From Chrysochromulina tobinii (lineage: Eukaryota): a stretch of DNA of 40,240 nucleotides. The stretch lies in NCBI GenBank assembly GCA_001275005.1, contig JWZX01002699.1, positions 1 through 40,240 on the forward strand. The letters are read 5' to 3'. The translations under genes and the position numbers were made by a program. Below the pieces are notes generated by a model. It was not told the DNA's origin. It saw only the letters and a program-made list of their open reading frames with translations, and did not search any database. Positions 31,187-40,240 of the stretch are shown piece after piece (the first letter of the stretch is position 1; each line of letters starts with the position of its first letter).

Positions 31187-32292
31187 CGTTGCGGCTGGAG
31201 ATCTCTCGAGCGTGAGCCAAAGAAGCCCCTGATGAGGGAGGCAATCAAGGATGCTGAAGTCGCGGCTATGATCTCTCGAGCGTAAGACCACGCGCCGGTG
31301 GGGGAGGGGATTTTGAGATTGGGGGGGAGGCAATTCAGAGATGGCGGCGCGAGGGGCTCCATGGGACCGTGCACATGAGCATGCGTGTGGCGTGAGCGTT
31401 GCATGGACCCGAAACCGATCACCGACAAAAGTGCTCGGCGGCCGGGTTTCGGTTTGCCCGTGATCCGACCAAGAAGCAAGATTGGAGTCGTGAAGGCTCG
31501 GTGGTGTGATCACATGATCTTCTTACCTGGTATCGTCAGCCGGTCAGCGCAAGTGATAGCCGGGCTCTTAGTCTTTTTGTGGAGGGTTGACTCGGTCGGA
31601 CGCGATCGCGACCCTTGCTAGGATCGCGACCATTTCGCGACCATCCGATCCGAATTGGAAATCGTCTAATATATTACTTATTAGTCATCACCCGCGCTGA
31701 CGCCCGGCGCGGTCGCTCGCTCGGCTCGCGGACGATCAACGATGCGGCTGATATGCTCTCAAGGGCTGAACGGAATGATTGTTCTAACAGTTCATTCCAG
31801 GAATGCTGCAGCGCACGATACCGCAGCGCGCAAACATGATCATGGTTCATCGAACGAGGTGAGGACGAGCGTGAGAAACTGAGATCCGGCCGCGGGGCCG
31901 CCGCGTCCACAGGGCCTGTGCCCTGTGCCAGCATATTGACCCTAGGCGACCGGACCCGACCCCCCGAGCCGAAGATTGAGAGTCGAAGGGTCACACTGGA
32001 GTGTCAGACACTAAACATGCGGGAAAAGGTTCGTCGAAGTTTCATCACTGACCTCGCAGGGTTTCGTCATCTCTTTATTAGGCAACCAGTGGGTTTCGTC
32101 ACTAGGGCTACCGGCAGTAAATCTCCGTACTATATAGCGCCGGTTACGATAACGAACGAAACCATAAACACATACGACCCAGTAGACTACGTAAAATAAT
32201 CAACGAATGCCACTTGTGCGCATGACCTATGAGCATGTCCATGCGGCCTCTCGGGTGTGTGTAACCGCGACACGTATGCAGGCTAAGTATGC

Positions 32293-32590
32293 ACACCGCG
32301 GGCCCTCCCCGCAGCCGATCGAGCCGATCACGCCTGACGACATCTACATGCAGGATCCCTGAGTAGGCATGTCATGTTCCCACAAGTACACCGGTCACCA
32401 CGGGCGCTCCCCGCGGCGATTCACGCCTGACGACGACATCTACACATAGGAACCAGGATCCTTGACGTAGGCATGTGGCTGACACGTCGACGACGCTTGT
32501 TGCCAAGTCATGTGTCTACATGTACACCGCGGGCCCTTCCCGCGGCGATCACGCCTGCCGATACCTACACCGCGGCAGGCCCTCCCCACG
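32293..32590. repeat. Degenerate intergenic tandem repeat (three units of about 100-130 nt)
   Basis: Recurring CACC(G/A)CGGGC..TCCCCGC..CGAT.CACGCCTG.CGA.A..TACA, with CAGGATCC.TGA..TAGGCATGT in the first two units. Confidence 0.7.
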
Positions 32591-32720
32591 CTCACAGCCA
32601 GCCCGCGTCTCACGCCTGGCATCTCAGAGCTCCCACTCTCCAAAGCAGGTTGGCGGTTTAGTGGCGGCTGGCCACGTAATGCCATCCAGCCCTGGGGCTA
32701 TTTCAAGGCATATCTCGGGG

Positions 32721-34457
32721 CTATTTCTCCTTCAGAGAGGCCACGTCTGACGACGAGGGCGTCACGGGAATGATCGGGGGATCGTCCAGGGGAAGACCAT
32801 ACGAGGCCATCCACGGGTGCTGCAGCGCCTCCGCCGCAGTCGGGCGCACGTTGGGGTCGAGGGTCAGAAGCGTCTCGGCGAAGAGACTGAAGGACAGCAC
32901 GTCGCCGAATATGGAGGGATCGAGATGTTGGGCGAGTAGCTCGGGCAGCGTCATGTTGGGCTCGCTGCGCAGCAGATAGGTGCCCGGGGCGGTGGCAGGA
33001 GGGTCGACCTCGTACACGTAGCCCGAGCCGGAGAAGTAGATGGATCCGAGTGGCCCTTCCATCATCCATGGTGGGAAGGGCCCGCGGGTAGCCTTGTGGG
33101 CCGCGAGGACGAGCTCCGTCGACGCGAACTGGAAGGGCACGAAGCCGAGCGCGACTTCGATGGCCACGCAGCCGAGAGACCACACGTCGATCTTGGGCGT
33201 CCAGCTGAGGCCGAGGATCACCTCGGGCGCGCGGTACCAGCGGCTCTGCAGGGTAGGGGGCGGGGGGCGCCATGGTGGGTGTCGAACACGTGAGGACCAC
33301 CGAGCCGAGGCGATCGGGAGGCACTTGGGAGGTGATCGGGCGGGTGGACACTTGCGGGGCACTCAGTGGCACTCACCTGCAGGTAGGACATGTGGGCGTC
33401 GTGCGTGAGGACGACCGAGCCGAAGTCGATGAGCTTGAAGATGCGACGCTCCGCGTTGACGATGCAGATGTTGGCCGTCTTGACGTCGCAATGCGTGATG
33501 CCGAGGTAGGTGAGGAAGGCGAGCGCGTCGAGCATCTGGATGGAGAGGGCCCCGATCGAGCCTGCGTGCCAGTACTCAGCGCGCGCGCGCGGGCCAAGTG
33601 TCTCGAGGTGCGTGCAGTGCGCCAAGACGGACGCGTTGAGGCGCTCGTACACAAGAAAGAGGTGCTCGCGGTAGTAGAAGCAGTCGAGCAGCCGCACAAT
33701 GTGCCGGCGGCCGAGTGGGTCATGTAGGCGGATCAGAGATTGAACCCGGGCCTCGCCCAGCCCGGCATCCACCGTCTCCTTTGCGTTCTTTAGGCACTTG
33801 AGTGCCACGGGCCGGTTCTGGGCGCCTTCGTGCACGGCGCGGAAGACGGTGGCAAAGGAGCCCGAGCCGAGGATCCCGTCGATCTTGTAGCTGCGAGTTC
33901 ATAAGGGTGGCGGCAAGCAGATGAGACAAAACCATGCGGTGGCGTAGAGACGTGGCGTGGGGAGAGGGAGCGCGCGCCTCGCGGGGATCGTTGCGAGATG
34001 GGCACGCGCGGTGCATCGGGCAATCAGAGCAAGGCAGGCGAGGGGCGCACTTGAAGCCGACCGTCTCGTTCGGGCTGGGAAGGAAGTCGGATATGGGCTC
34101 CATGCCGTTCAAGTTCGGATTGAAGATGGTCGGGATCGACATCATCACGCGGAGCTCCGGCGGAGCCGAGGGCACGTGCGTCACTACACGATGAGCCGCA
34201 TCATGCGTACCTCGGCGTTCTCGCAACGCCGCCTTTGCCGCGTGGTTGCTAACGATGACGCGACTGCACGCACACACATCCAGACCGCGCGTGTCAGGGG
34301 CTGCTGATGGATGATTGCGAGGCGCGTGCAGGGGGGTCTGTACGCACTTGAGGATCGGAATGGGTTGGGGAGGTGCCCTTGTTGGCTGCGGCAGCTGCTC
34401 CTCGAGAGGAGTGACGGCCACCGTCCAGATGAGGTCTGCGGGCAGCGTGAGGTTCAT
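32721..34457 (-). CDS. DYRK-family (DYRKP-like) protein kinase. Inferred exons 34457-34051, 33890-33377, 33245-32721 (start uncertain)
   Basis: The spliced product gives FNYKIDGILGSGSFATV, VALKCLKN, LLDCFYYREHLFLVYERL, HCDVKTANI, KLIDFGS and SYLQ|SRWYRAPEVILGLSWTPKIDVWSLGC. The pre-kinase NGMEPISDF segment resembles that of DYRKP. Confidence 0.88.
33246..33376 (-). other. Intron (131 nt, phase 0) with a degenerate copy of the last ~50 nt of the upstream exon
   Basis: CAG|GTGAGT...CTGCAG|AGC splits YLQ|SRWYRAPE. The intron contains TCGGCTCGGTgGTCCTCACG...CTACCCTGCAG, against exon TCGGCTCGGTcGTCCTCACG...CTACCTGCAG. Confidence 0.9.
33891..34050 (-). other. Conventional intron (160 nt, phase 2)
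   Basis: AA|GTGCGC...CTCGCAG|C joins TVGF-N-YKIDG. No cassette repeats or exon copy seen. Confidence 0.8.
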
Positions 34458-35375
34458 GTGGGCGTCGATGTTGCGCGTCGCTTGCGGACGCGCCTTTCTT
34501 TTCTTGGCACGACACGATGCGTCTGGAGAAGAGAATCTTTCAGAGAGTGTCGAATGAATATTCCCCGAAGTTGCGGAACATTCCAACTTTAGAAATCGCA
34601 AGCTATAGAGTCGCACGAGTGAAAGAAGACGGGCCTTGTCGTCGGACGACGGCGCTTGAATGCGCTCGTGACGTCGAACGCAGAGCTGGCCTTTAATTGC
34701 AGCCAAATCACTTGTACCATTAACCGACTAAAGTACATCGTACATACACGAAGTCGGATGTAGTCGGAGGTAGTATGCAAATATGAGAGTCTGTTTATTA
34801 AGTACCAATCACGCTATCCACTTAGCACTTTGCAGATACAATGTTATTTCAAGTTCTCGTCTTCCGCCCTGCATTCCGCCCCCGCCCTCGTGCCTCGATG
34901 CTCGAACGCCTAAGCCACTCAACGGGCAACGGGTATCGCTATCGGGTTTACGGGTAGTCATTTACACGCCCGGTCGGGTAAGCCAACGATTAATCTCCGA
35001 CTATCTCCGGATCTCCTGTGTGATGCACAATCAGGAGTAATCAGGAGACTTGAGTTCGTGATCGCACATTCGACATTCATTGTCGACATTGGTATAGATC
35101 TAGAGATGGAGGTTCGCATATCGTATGCCATATCGCAACTTTGCAACATTGCAAGTTTTCATTGCTGATTCGCGGCCCGACGAGTTACGGCGGAATCAGT
35201 ACGGCAACAAAGTACGGCTAAGCGCGGTTAGTACAGTTTACATACAGACCACAGTACTTTACAGACCAGCACCAGGGCGCAGGGGCCGCGGCCGGGCTCA
35301 CTTCTAGAGCTAGAGCTGTCGAGATGCACCGCTGCGACGCTCCGAGGCAGCGCCCGCCAGGGGGGCCTCACGGCC

Positions 35376-38300
35376 TCAGGACGCGGCCGAGAGCACCTTC
35401 TTCGCCATCTCGAGCTCCGACATCGCCGCGAGGAACACGGCTCCTTGCGACTCCTCCTGCTGTGCCTTGGACAGAGAGCCATCTGGAGGCCCGATCTCCA
35501 TGAGAGATTGGCGGTTGGCCTTCAGCTTGCCCATGAGCCTCTCGGTCGCCTTGTCGGGCTTGGTGATCGTGCCGCCAACTCCGACATGTCCTTGATTCAT
35601 CGCGACTTGTCCAGCGGCGCGCGCGCCCCCAGCCGCATGATCGGCTTGCGGCTTGAGCGCCGCGTCGCCCGCCAGGCCCATCTTAAGCGCGACCCGATGC
35701 ACCTCCATGCCGTTGAGCATGATCTTGCGCGACTGCTCAGCGATACCCTTGCGCTCCCGCGCCGGAACGCGCTGCACTCCGTCAAAGCCCACCGGCACGG
35801 CGTGCTCGTGGACGGGCGGCGGCGGCTTGGGCGTCCACCTTTCGAGATGAGGTCGGCGTCGCGACCTGGCAAAGTCGAGCGCCTCTTGCAACTCGGGTGG
35901 CCTGCCGCTCATCGCCTCCTCCTGGTGTTTCGCCCTCGCCTGCTGCAGCGCGATGTCGTGCATGGACTGGTGCAGCAGTCGATGGCGTCTTTGGTGCACG
36001 AGCTCTGCAAATTCAGGAAGGGCGCGCGCAAAGCCCTCGGCGTCCTCCCGAGCGAGGCACAGCACACACGTGTGGTCCGCCGCGCGCACCGCCACCGCAC
36101 TGATCGGCTCTTGCGCGCCACCCTTGCCCACCCCGCCGCCGCTAGTCTTGAGGGCAGTGGCAGCAGGCTGGGCGCCGAGAACCACCCCGTACACGTCGTC
36201 GAGAACGCTCTCGCCCACAAAAGGTGTGTGCGTCTCGTGCGTGAGTGTCGCCACGATCTTCTCGGTTTGCATGCGTCCCGCCCTTTGGAAGAGCCGCAGC
36301 TTGCCCCATCCGGTCCGCTGTGAGAAGACGAGCTTGCCGCTCACGACCACATGGAATGTCTCAATTGGCCTCCCCTCCTCCGCGAGCTTGTCCCCCGGCG
36401 CGTACGCGCGCATTCGAAACGTCTGAGCGAGCGGTACGAGCCGTCGAGGTGCAATCTCCGAGAAGACGGGCGCACGCACGAGCGCTTGCTGGCACAGCAT
36501 GATCTCCGCACGGCGCGCCGTCTGAAACTGGATCAGCTGCTCGTAGATGCGACGTGACTGCGCCAGGAGCGCTTCGGGCAGCACCAGCAGCACGGCCGCC
36601 TCTATGCTCGTCGCCGTGTGCGCGCGCAACATGCCGCCCGCGCCGCCGGCCGTGCTGCCGGGGGAGCCGGAGGAGGCGGAGGAGGCAGGGGTGGCAGGGG
36701 TGGCAGGGGTGGCTGAGGCGGGCTTTCCTTGATCGCCTCCCTCCGTCGACACATTCGTGATGAGGGCGAGGGTCTCGATGCCGAAGACGCTCCCCGGCCC
36801 GAGCGTCGAGTCCTCGTAGATGCCCACGTCGAGCCCCAGAACCTTACCCGTCTGCACGTCGGTGAGCACACGAGGGAAGATTGACATCTTATGCCCAGAG
36901 GCCGCGGCGCCCGAGACGGCGGCGGCCGCGGCCGAGGGTGCGCCGTCTGCGGATGTTTTCGCTCCCCACTCGTTCACCGTCAGGTGAATGGCGCCCGAGA
37001 GCACAATGTAGAATGCGTTGCACGGCTGCCCCTTGCGATAGAGAAGTTCGTACCTGAGGAGGAACGCGATCCTCAGAGGCAATCCAGTGCAATCAGAGGC
37101 CATCAGGATGGTCATTCGAAGCACTCAGAGGCCTCTCAGAGGCAATCCAGTGCAATCAGAGGCCATCAGGATGGTCATTCGAAGCACTCAGAGGCCTCTC
37201 AGAGGCAATCCAGTGCAATCAGAGGTCATCAGGATGGTCATTCGAAGCACTCAGTGGCCTCTCGCACCGGCGCAGCTCGCGCTGCTTGAGCTTGTTGATG
37301 ACGAGATCCTGCAGGTAGTGGTGCGGCCAGCTGCTGAAGAGTGCCGTCGCCTTGAGCATCTTGATGGTCTCGTTGGCAGTGGGCAGTGGCGGTGGCCCCC
37401 TCGCCGGCGCTGTCGCCGCCTTTGACGGCGCCGTCACGGGCGGTGGCGGAGAAGCTCCTTCGTGCAAGATCTCAAAGCCAGGGGGCGCCGTCTCGGGCAG
37501 CACGGTCGGCGCGCCGTCTCGGGCAGCCGGTGGCTCTTCGGCGGGTGGGTTGCCCTTGGCCGGCGCAGACGACGGGCGGCCGCCCGCCTGCGCCTGCGCT
37601 GCAGCATACTCCCTCTCCTCTGCCGTCTCTTCAAATCCCGGCGGCATGAGGTACATTGCAGCAGCTGATTGCGGGCGTGCGGGCGGTGGTGGCTTGCGCG
37701 GCAACGTCGGTGCCAAGGGCTTCTCAGGGCTTCTCTTCTCCGCCTGCGCCGGCGGGCGAGGGCCCGCGGAGTCTCTGTGAACGTGGACGAAGCCACCATC
37801 GGTAACGGTCGCGCTGCGACGGTTACCGAGGTCTGGTGTGGAGGCACTATGGCGAAGGTGGAAGCGGCTTGCGTGCGATGACGAGGTGGGCCGACTCGAC
37901 AAGACTGGCGAGGGAGACTGCGGCCGTCGCAGCATTGAGGCGGCGGCTGAGGCAGGGCGTGCACCTTGCTGCTGTGGCTGCTGCTGCTGCGGCTGTGTCT
38001 GCGTCTGCGTCTGCGTCGGCAACATATCGTCCAACGAGGGATGCGACAGCAGTGGTGTCCGCACGAGAACGGGGTAAGCGTGCATCAAAGGTGCGCGAGG
38101 TAAGCCTCGCGTATCGAGCAGGAAGGCATCAGACCGCACCGGGAAGGCACGGGGCTCCAGCTCCAGGACCACGTCGTCTGCCATGTAGTCCACATCAATC
38201 GCATCGGCCGCCACCGAAGTGACCTTGCCGATCACGATCTTGAGCTGTGTCGCGACGGCCGCAGGAGCGGAGCTTGGCACGGACGAGCTGCTGCGTTTTG

Positions 38301-38466
38301 CCACAGCTTCCTCCGCAATACGTTGGGGTTGCCACGCCAACACGCTCTTGGCCGCCATATACGAGGAGGACCGCTCGAGCTCGTTGAAGCGACGAGCGGC
38401 GAGAGCCGCCTCAATGTGCACCACCTGCGGGGGCAGCCGGCGCTTGTTGGGCGGCACGAGGACCAT
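35376..38466 (-). CDS. Protein with two cyclic-nucleotide-binding domains and a long disordered N-terminus. Exons 38466-37268 and 37053-35376
   Basis: Domain 1: LKATALFSSW...RR|YELLYRKGQPCNAFYIVLSG...LGPGSVFGIE...RAHTATS. Domain 2: LVRAPVFSEI...YAPGDKLAEEGRPIETFHVVVSGKL...FVGE...AVRAADHTCVLCL. Confidence 0.85.
37054..37267 (-). other. Repeat-built intron (214 nt, phase 2) made of three 63-nt tandem units
   Basis: CG|GTGCGA...TTCCTCCTCAG|GTACGA. The unit GAGAGGCCTCTGAGTGCTTCGAATGACCATCCTGATGGCCTCTGATTGCACTGGATTGCCTCT occurs three times. The intron splits the first cNMP domain. Confidence 0.9.
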
Positions 38467-38602
38467 CACGTCCCCCTCTGCCGAGCGCCCGAAGGACAAT
38501 CGAACCGCTTGGCCGCTCAAATTCCGCAACAAATGCCTCGACTCTGGAGCGGCCAACGCCCGCGCAGGGCCTGGTTCTTGTTTCAACGGTGCATTTGTGA
38601 GC

Positions 38603-40003
38603 ATGAACCACGATGATCTCCGCACCTTAATCATTGCAGTGGCGTCCTGGTTCTCCCTGCTGCTGGTCGGCCTCCTTTTCCATTTTCTCTGGTCGCGACG
38701 GCAGCAGCACCAGGTCGCTCCGGAAGAGCGGAAGGTGGCTCCGGCGCCCATGTACCCACGCGAGAGCCACACGGTGTACCACGACCCCATCGGTTCAGTC
38801 GTTCTTGTCGCGGGCATGGAATCGCGAGCGCTCTTCGCACCGCAAAATCGGACTCCATATCCAAGAGAGCGCTTGCAGCTCGCCTCCATGGGGCGTCCAC
38901 GATTGCAACCCGGTGTCGCGGAGCTCCACGCCGCCGCCAAACCCGTCGCCACACCTACCGCCACAGACGGCGACAGACGCCCTTTGCCTACCGCCGCCAC
39001 CCCTGCCGTCGCCCCTGCCGTCGCCCCTGCCGTCGCATATTTTGGTGATACGTCCGTCATTCTAGACGCCGCACATCCCGCTGCTGCACCTGGCGCCGCA
39101 CCAACCACCGCCACTGAAGGGGAAGCAAGGAAAGAGATTGAGGAGTTGGCGCTGCGCAAAGATGCGCTACGGCGACGACGAAGGCTGCCATTCAAGCTCT
39201 CGTTGTTCCGATCGCGTCCACCGCCTCCACTGGCACCCGGCTCTGGCACGGCTGAGCAGCTACCGAAACTGGCCGCGCCAGCTACCGCAACGGCAACCAC
39301 GCCTGCAATGACACCTGCGGACGCACCTGCGCACGCTCTAGCCGCCTCTGCTGCCCTCGGGCAGCCACCAGCTGGAGACCTGGAACCAGAACCAGCACCA
39401 GCACCAGCGCCAGCGCCAGCTCCAGCGCCAGCTCCAGCACCAACAGAGCAGCAGCGGCCTGGAAGGAGCGGCAGCAGCAGCACTCCCTCCGACGAGCCGC
39501 CGCCGCACGCAGAGACGCCGGCTGTCGAGCGCCGTCTCGAGCCCTCCCGCGAGGACTCCCGCTTGGACGTGGCCGAGGCCCTCCCCACAGGTGCGCTAGG
39601 CTGCATGCAAGTGCTCACCACGACGCCCCCCCGCTTGGACGTGGCCGAGGCCCGCGCGCTCAATGCGAGGCTTACACGATCCCTCGAATTTGCCGAGGCA
39701 GCTACTACTGCATCGCCGGCTGAAGGTGACCAGCAGCGATGTGCACCTGCGAGGGGCTTCGATGCGCTGGCGGCTGCCGGGGGCTACGTTGCAAAGAAGA
39801 GGCCGCCGCCGCCAAAGGGCACCGGGAACGTCGTCGCCGCCAACGCCAACGCCAACGTCACTTCCAGTACATGTAGTAGTACTACTGCTGTCGTCGGTGG
39901 TAGCAGGAAGCGAATTGAGGCCCCGGACGAGGATGTGGGGGCCGGCGTTGGACTACCGGCTGCGTCGCGGGCAAAGGCCCCATTGCCCAGCCAGCAGCAA
40001 TAG
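38603..40003 (+). CDS. Hypothetical single-pass membrane protein with a Pro/Ala-rich tail
   Basis: ATG 38603, hydrophobic LIIAVASWFSLLLVGLLFHFLW followed by SRR, then an open frame to TAG 40003. Confidence 0.65.
   Translation: MNHDDLRTLIIAVASWFSLLLVGLLFHFLWSRRQQHQVAPEERKVAPAPMYPRESHTVYHDPIGSVVLVAGMESRALFAPQNRTPYPRERLQLASMGRPRLQPGVAELHAAAKPVATPTATDGDRRPLPTAATPAVAPAVAPAVAYFGDTSVILDAAHPAAAPGAAPTTATEGEARKEIEELALRKDALRRRRRLPFKLSLFRSRPPPPLAPGSGTAEQLPKLAAPATATATTPAMTPADAPAHALAASAALGQPPAGDLEPEPAPAPAPAPAPAPAPAPTEQQRPGRSGSSSTPSDEPPPHAETPAVERRLEPSREDSRLDVAEALPTGALGCMQVLTTTPPRLDVAEARALNARLTRSLEFAEAATTASPAEGDQQRCAPARGFDALAAAGGYVAKKRPPPPKGTGNVVAANANANVTSSTCSSTTAVVGGSRKRIEAPDEDVGAGVGLPAASRAKAPLPSQQQ
39578..39649 (+). 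other. 72-nt cassette insertion, possible GC-AG phase-0 intron
   Basis: Flanked by a duplicated CCCGCTTGGACGTGGCCGAGGCCC. Contains TGCATGCAAGTGCTCACCACG, shared with intron 4457-4533. In frame with no stop. Confidence 0.55.
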
Positions 40004-40100
40004 CAAGAGAGCCGTACGGCGTAGGTCAGTCAAGAGGTCAGACTTCTACTGGTCTACAGTGTGCACACTCAGTCCTGGGGGCACATGATTGTGGGGTGAC

Positions 40101-40240
40101 GGGGGGTTTCCTATACAAATTGGGGGGGGGTTCCTATACAATACGTATCCTGATGTATCCTGCATGTATCCTGCATGTATTCATCAAGATACATCAAGAT
40201 ACATCGAGATACAACAAGATACATTTGTATCTGTCACTTT
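40101..40240. repeat. TGTATC/GATACA inverted-orientation short-repeat cluster, possibly a DNA-transposon subterminal region
   Basis: ATGTATCCTG units followed by AGATACA units (reverse-complement core), preceded by a duplicated G-run TTCCTATACAA. Truncated by the window end. Confidence 0.55.

Noticed and set aside
34700..35300. Lower-GC intergenic stretch considered as an ncRNA or mobile element
   Set aside because: No tRNA, rRNA or snRNA pattern, terminal repeats or coding signal could be supported.
38467..39663. Upstream half of the 814-aa minus ORF 37219-39663 (and 38219-38602 of the plus ORF)
   Set aside because: These are antisense shadows of two divergent genes. Plausible ATGs are at 38466 (-) and 38603 (+).

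Overview
GC-rich, gene-dense eukaryotic DNA with spliceosomal introns, most consistent with a haptophyte alga of the Chrysochromulina type. That assignment is inferred from the GC content, a bipartite plastid presequence, a flagellar PG-repeat protein and the intron style. About 18 genes are present: a partial multi-exon Ala/Glu coiled-coil protein, an EF-hand protein, a heme-less cystathionine beta-synthase with a long unusual C-terminal tail, a NudC-family co-chaperone, a multidomain EF-hand/coiled-coil protein, a DUF6314-like protein, a SHIPPO/PG-repeat protein, a plastid 2Fe-2S protein, Golgi CASP, an NPPY-motif N6-adenine methyltransferase-like gene, a secreted class-3 lipase, an asparaginase-GST fusion, a DYRK-family kinase, a cNMP-binding protein and several hypotheticals. 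There is also a decayed GH27-like pseudogene. The most striking signal is the introns. Nine of the ten inferred introns carry shared cassette sequence (10-nt CTGATTGCCT-like units, a CCTCATCAG end, or a TGCATGCAxGTGCTCACCAC motif). Eight of these also contain a 17-50 nt imperfect copy of the adjacent exon at one end and are phase 0, and some are tandem arrays of whole AG|GT-bounded units. This looks like an intron-generating process that duplicates exon sequence. Several small frameshifts in otherwise intact genes are probably assembly errors. All family assignments are from motif recognition only; no searches were run.
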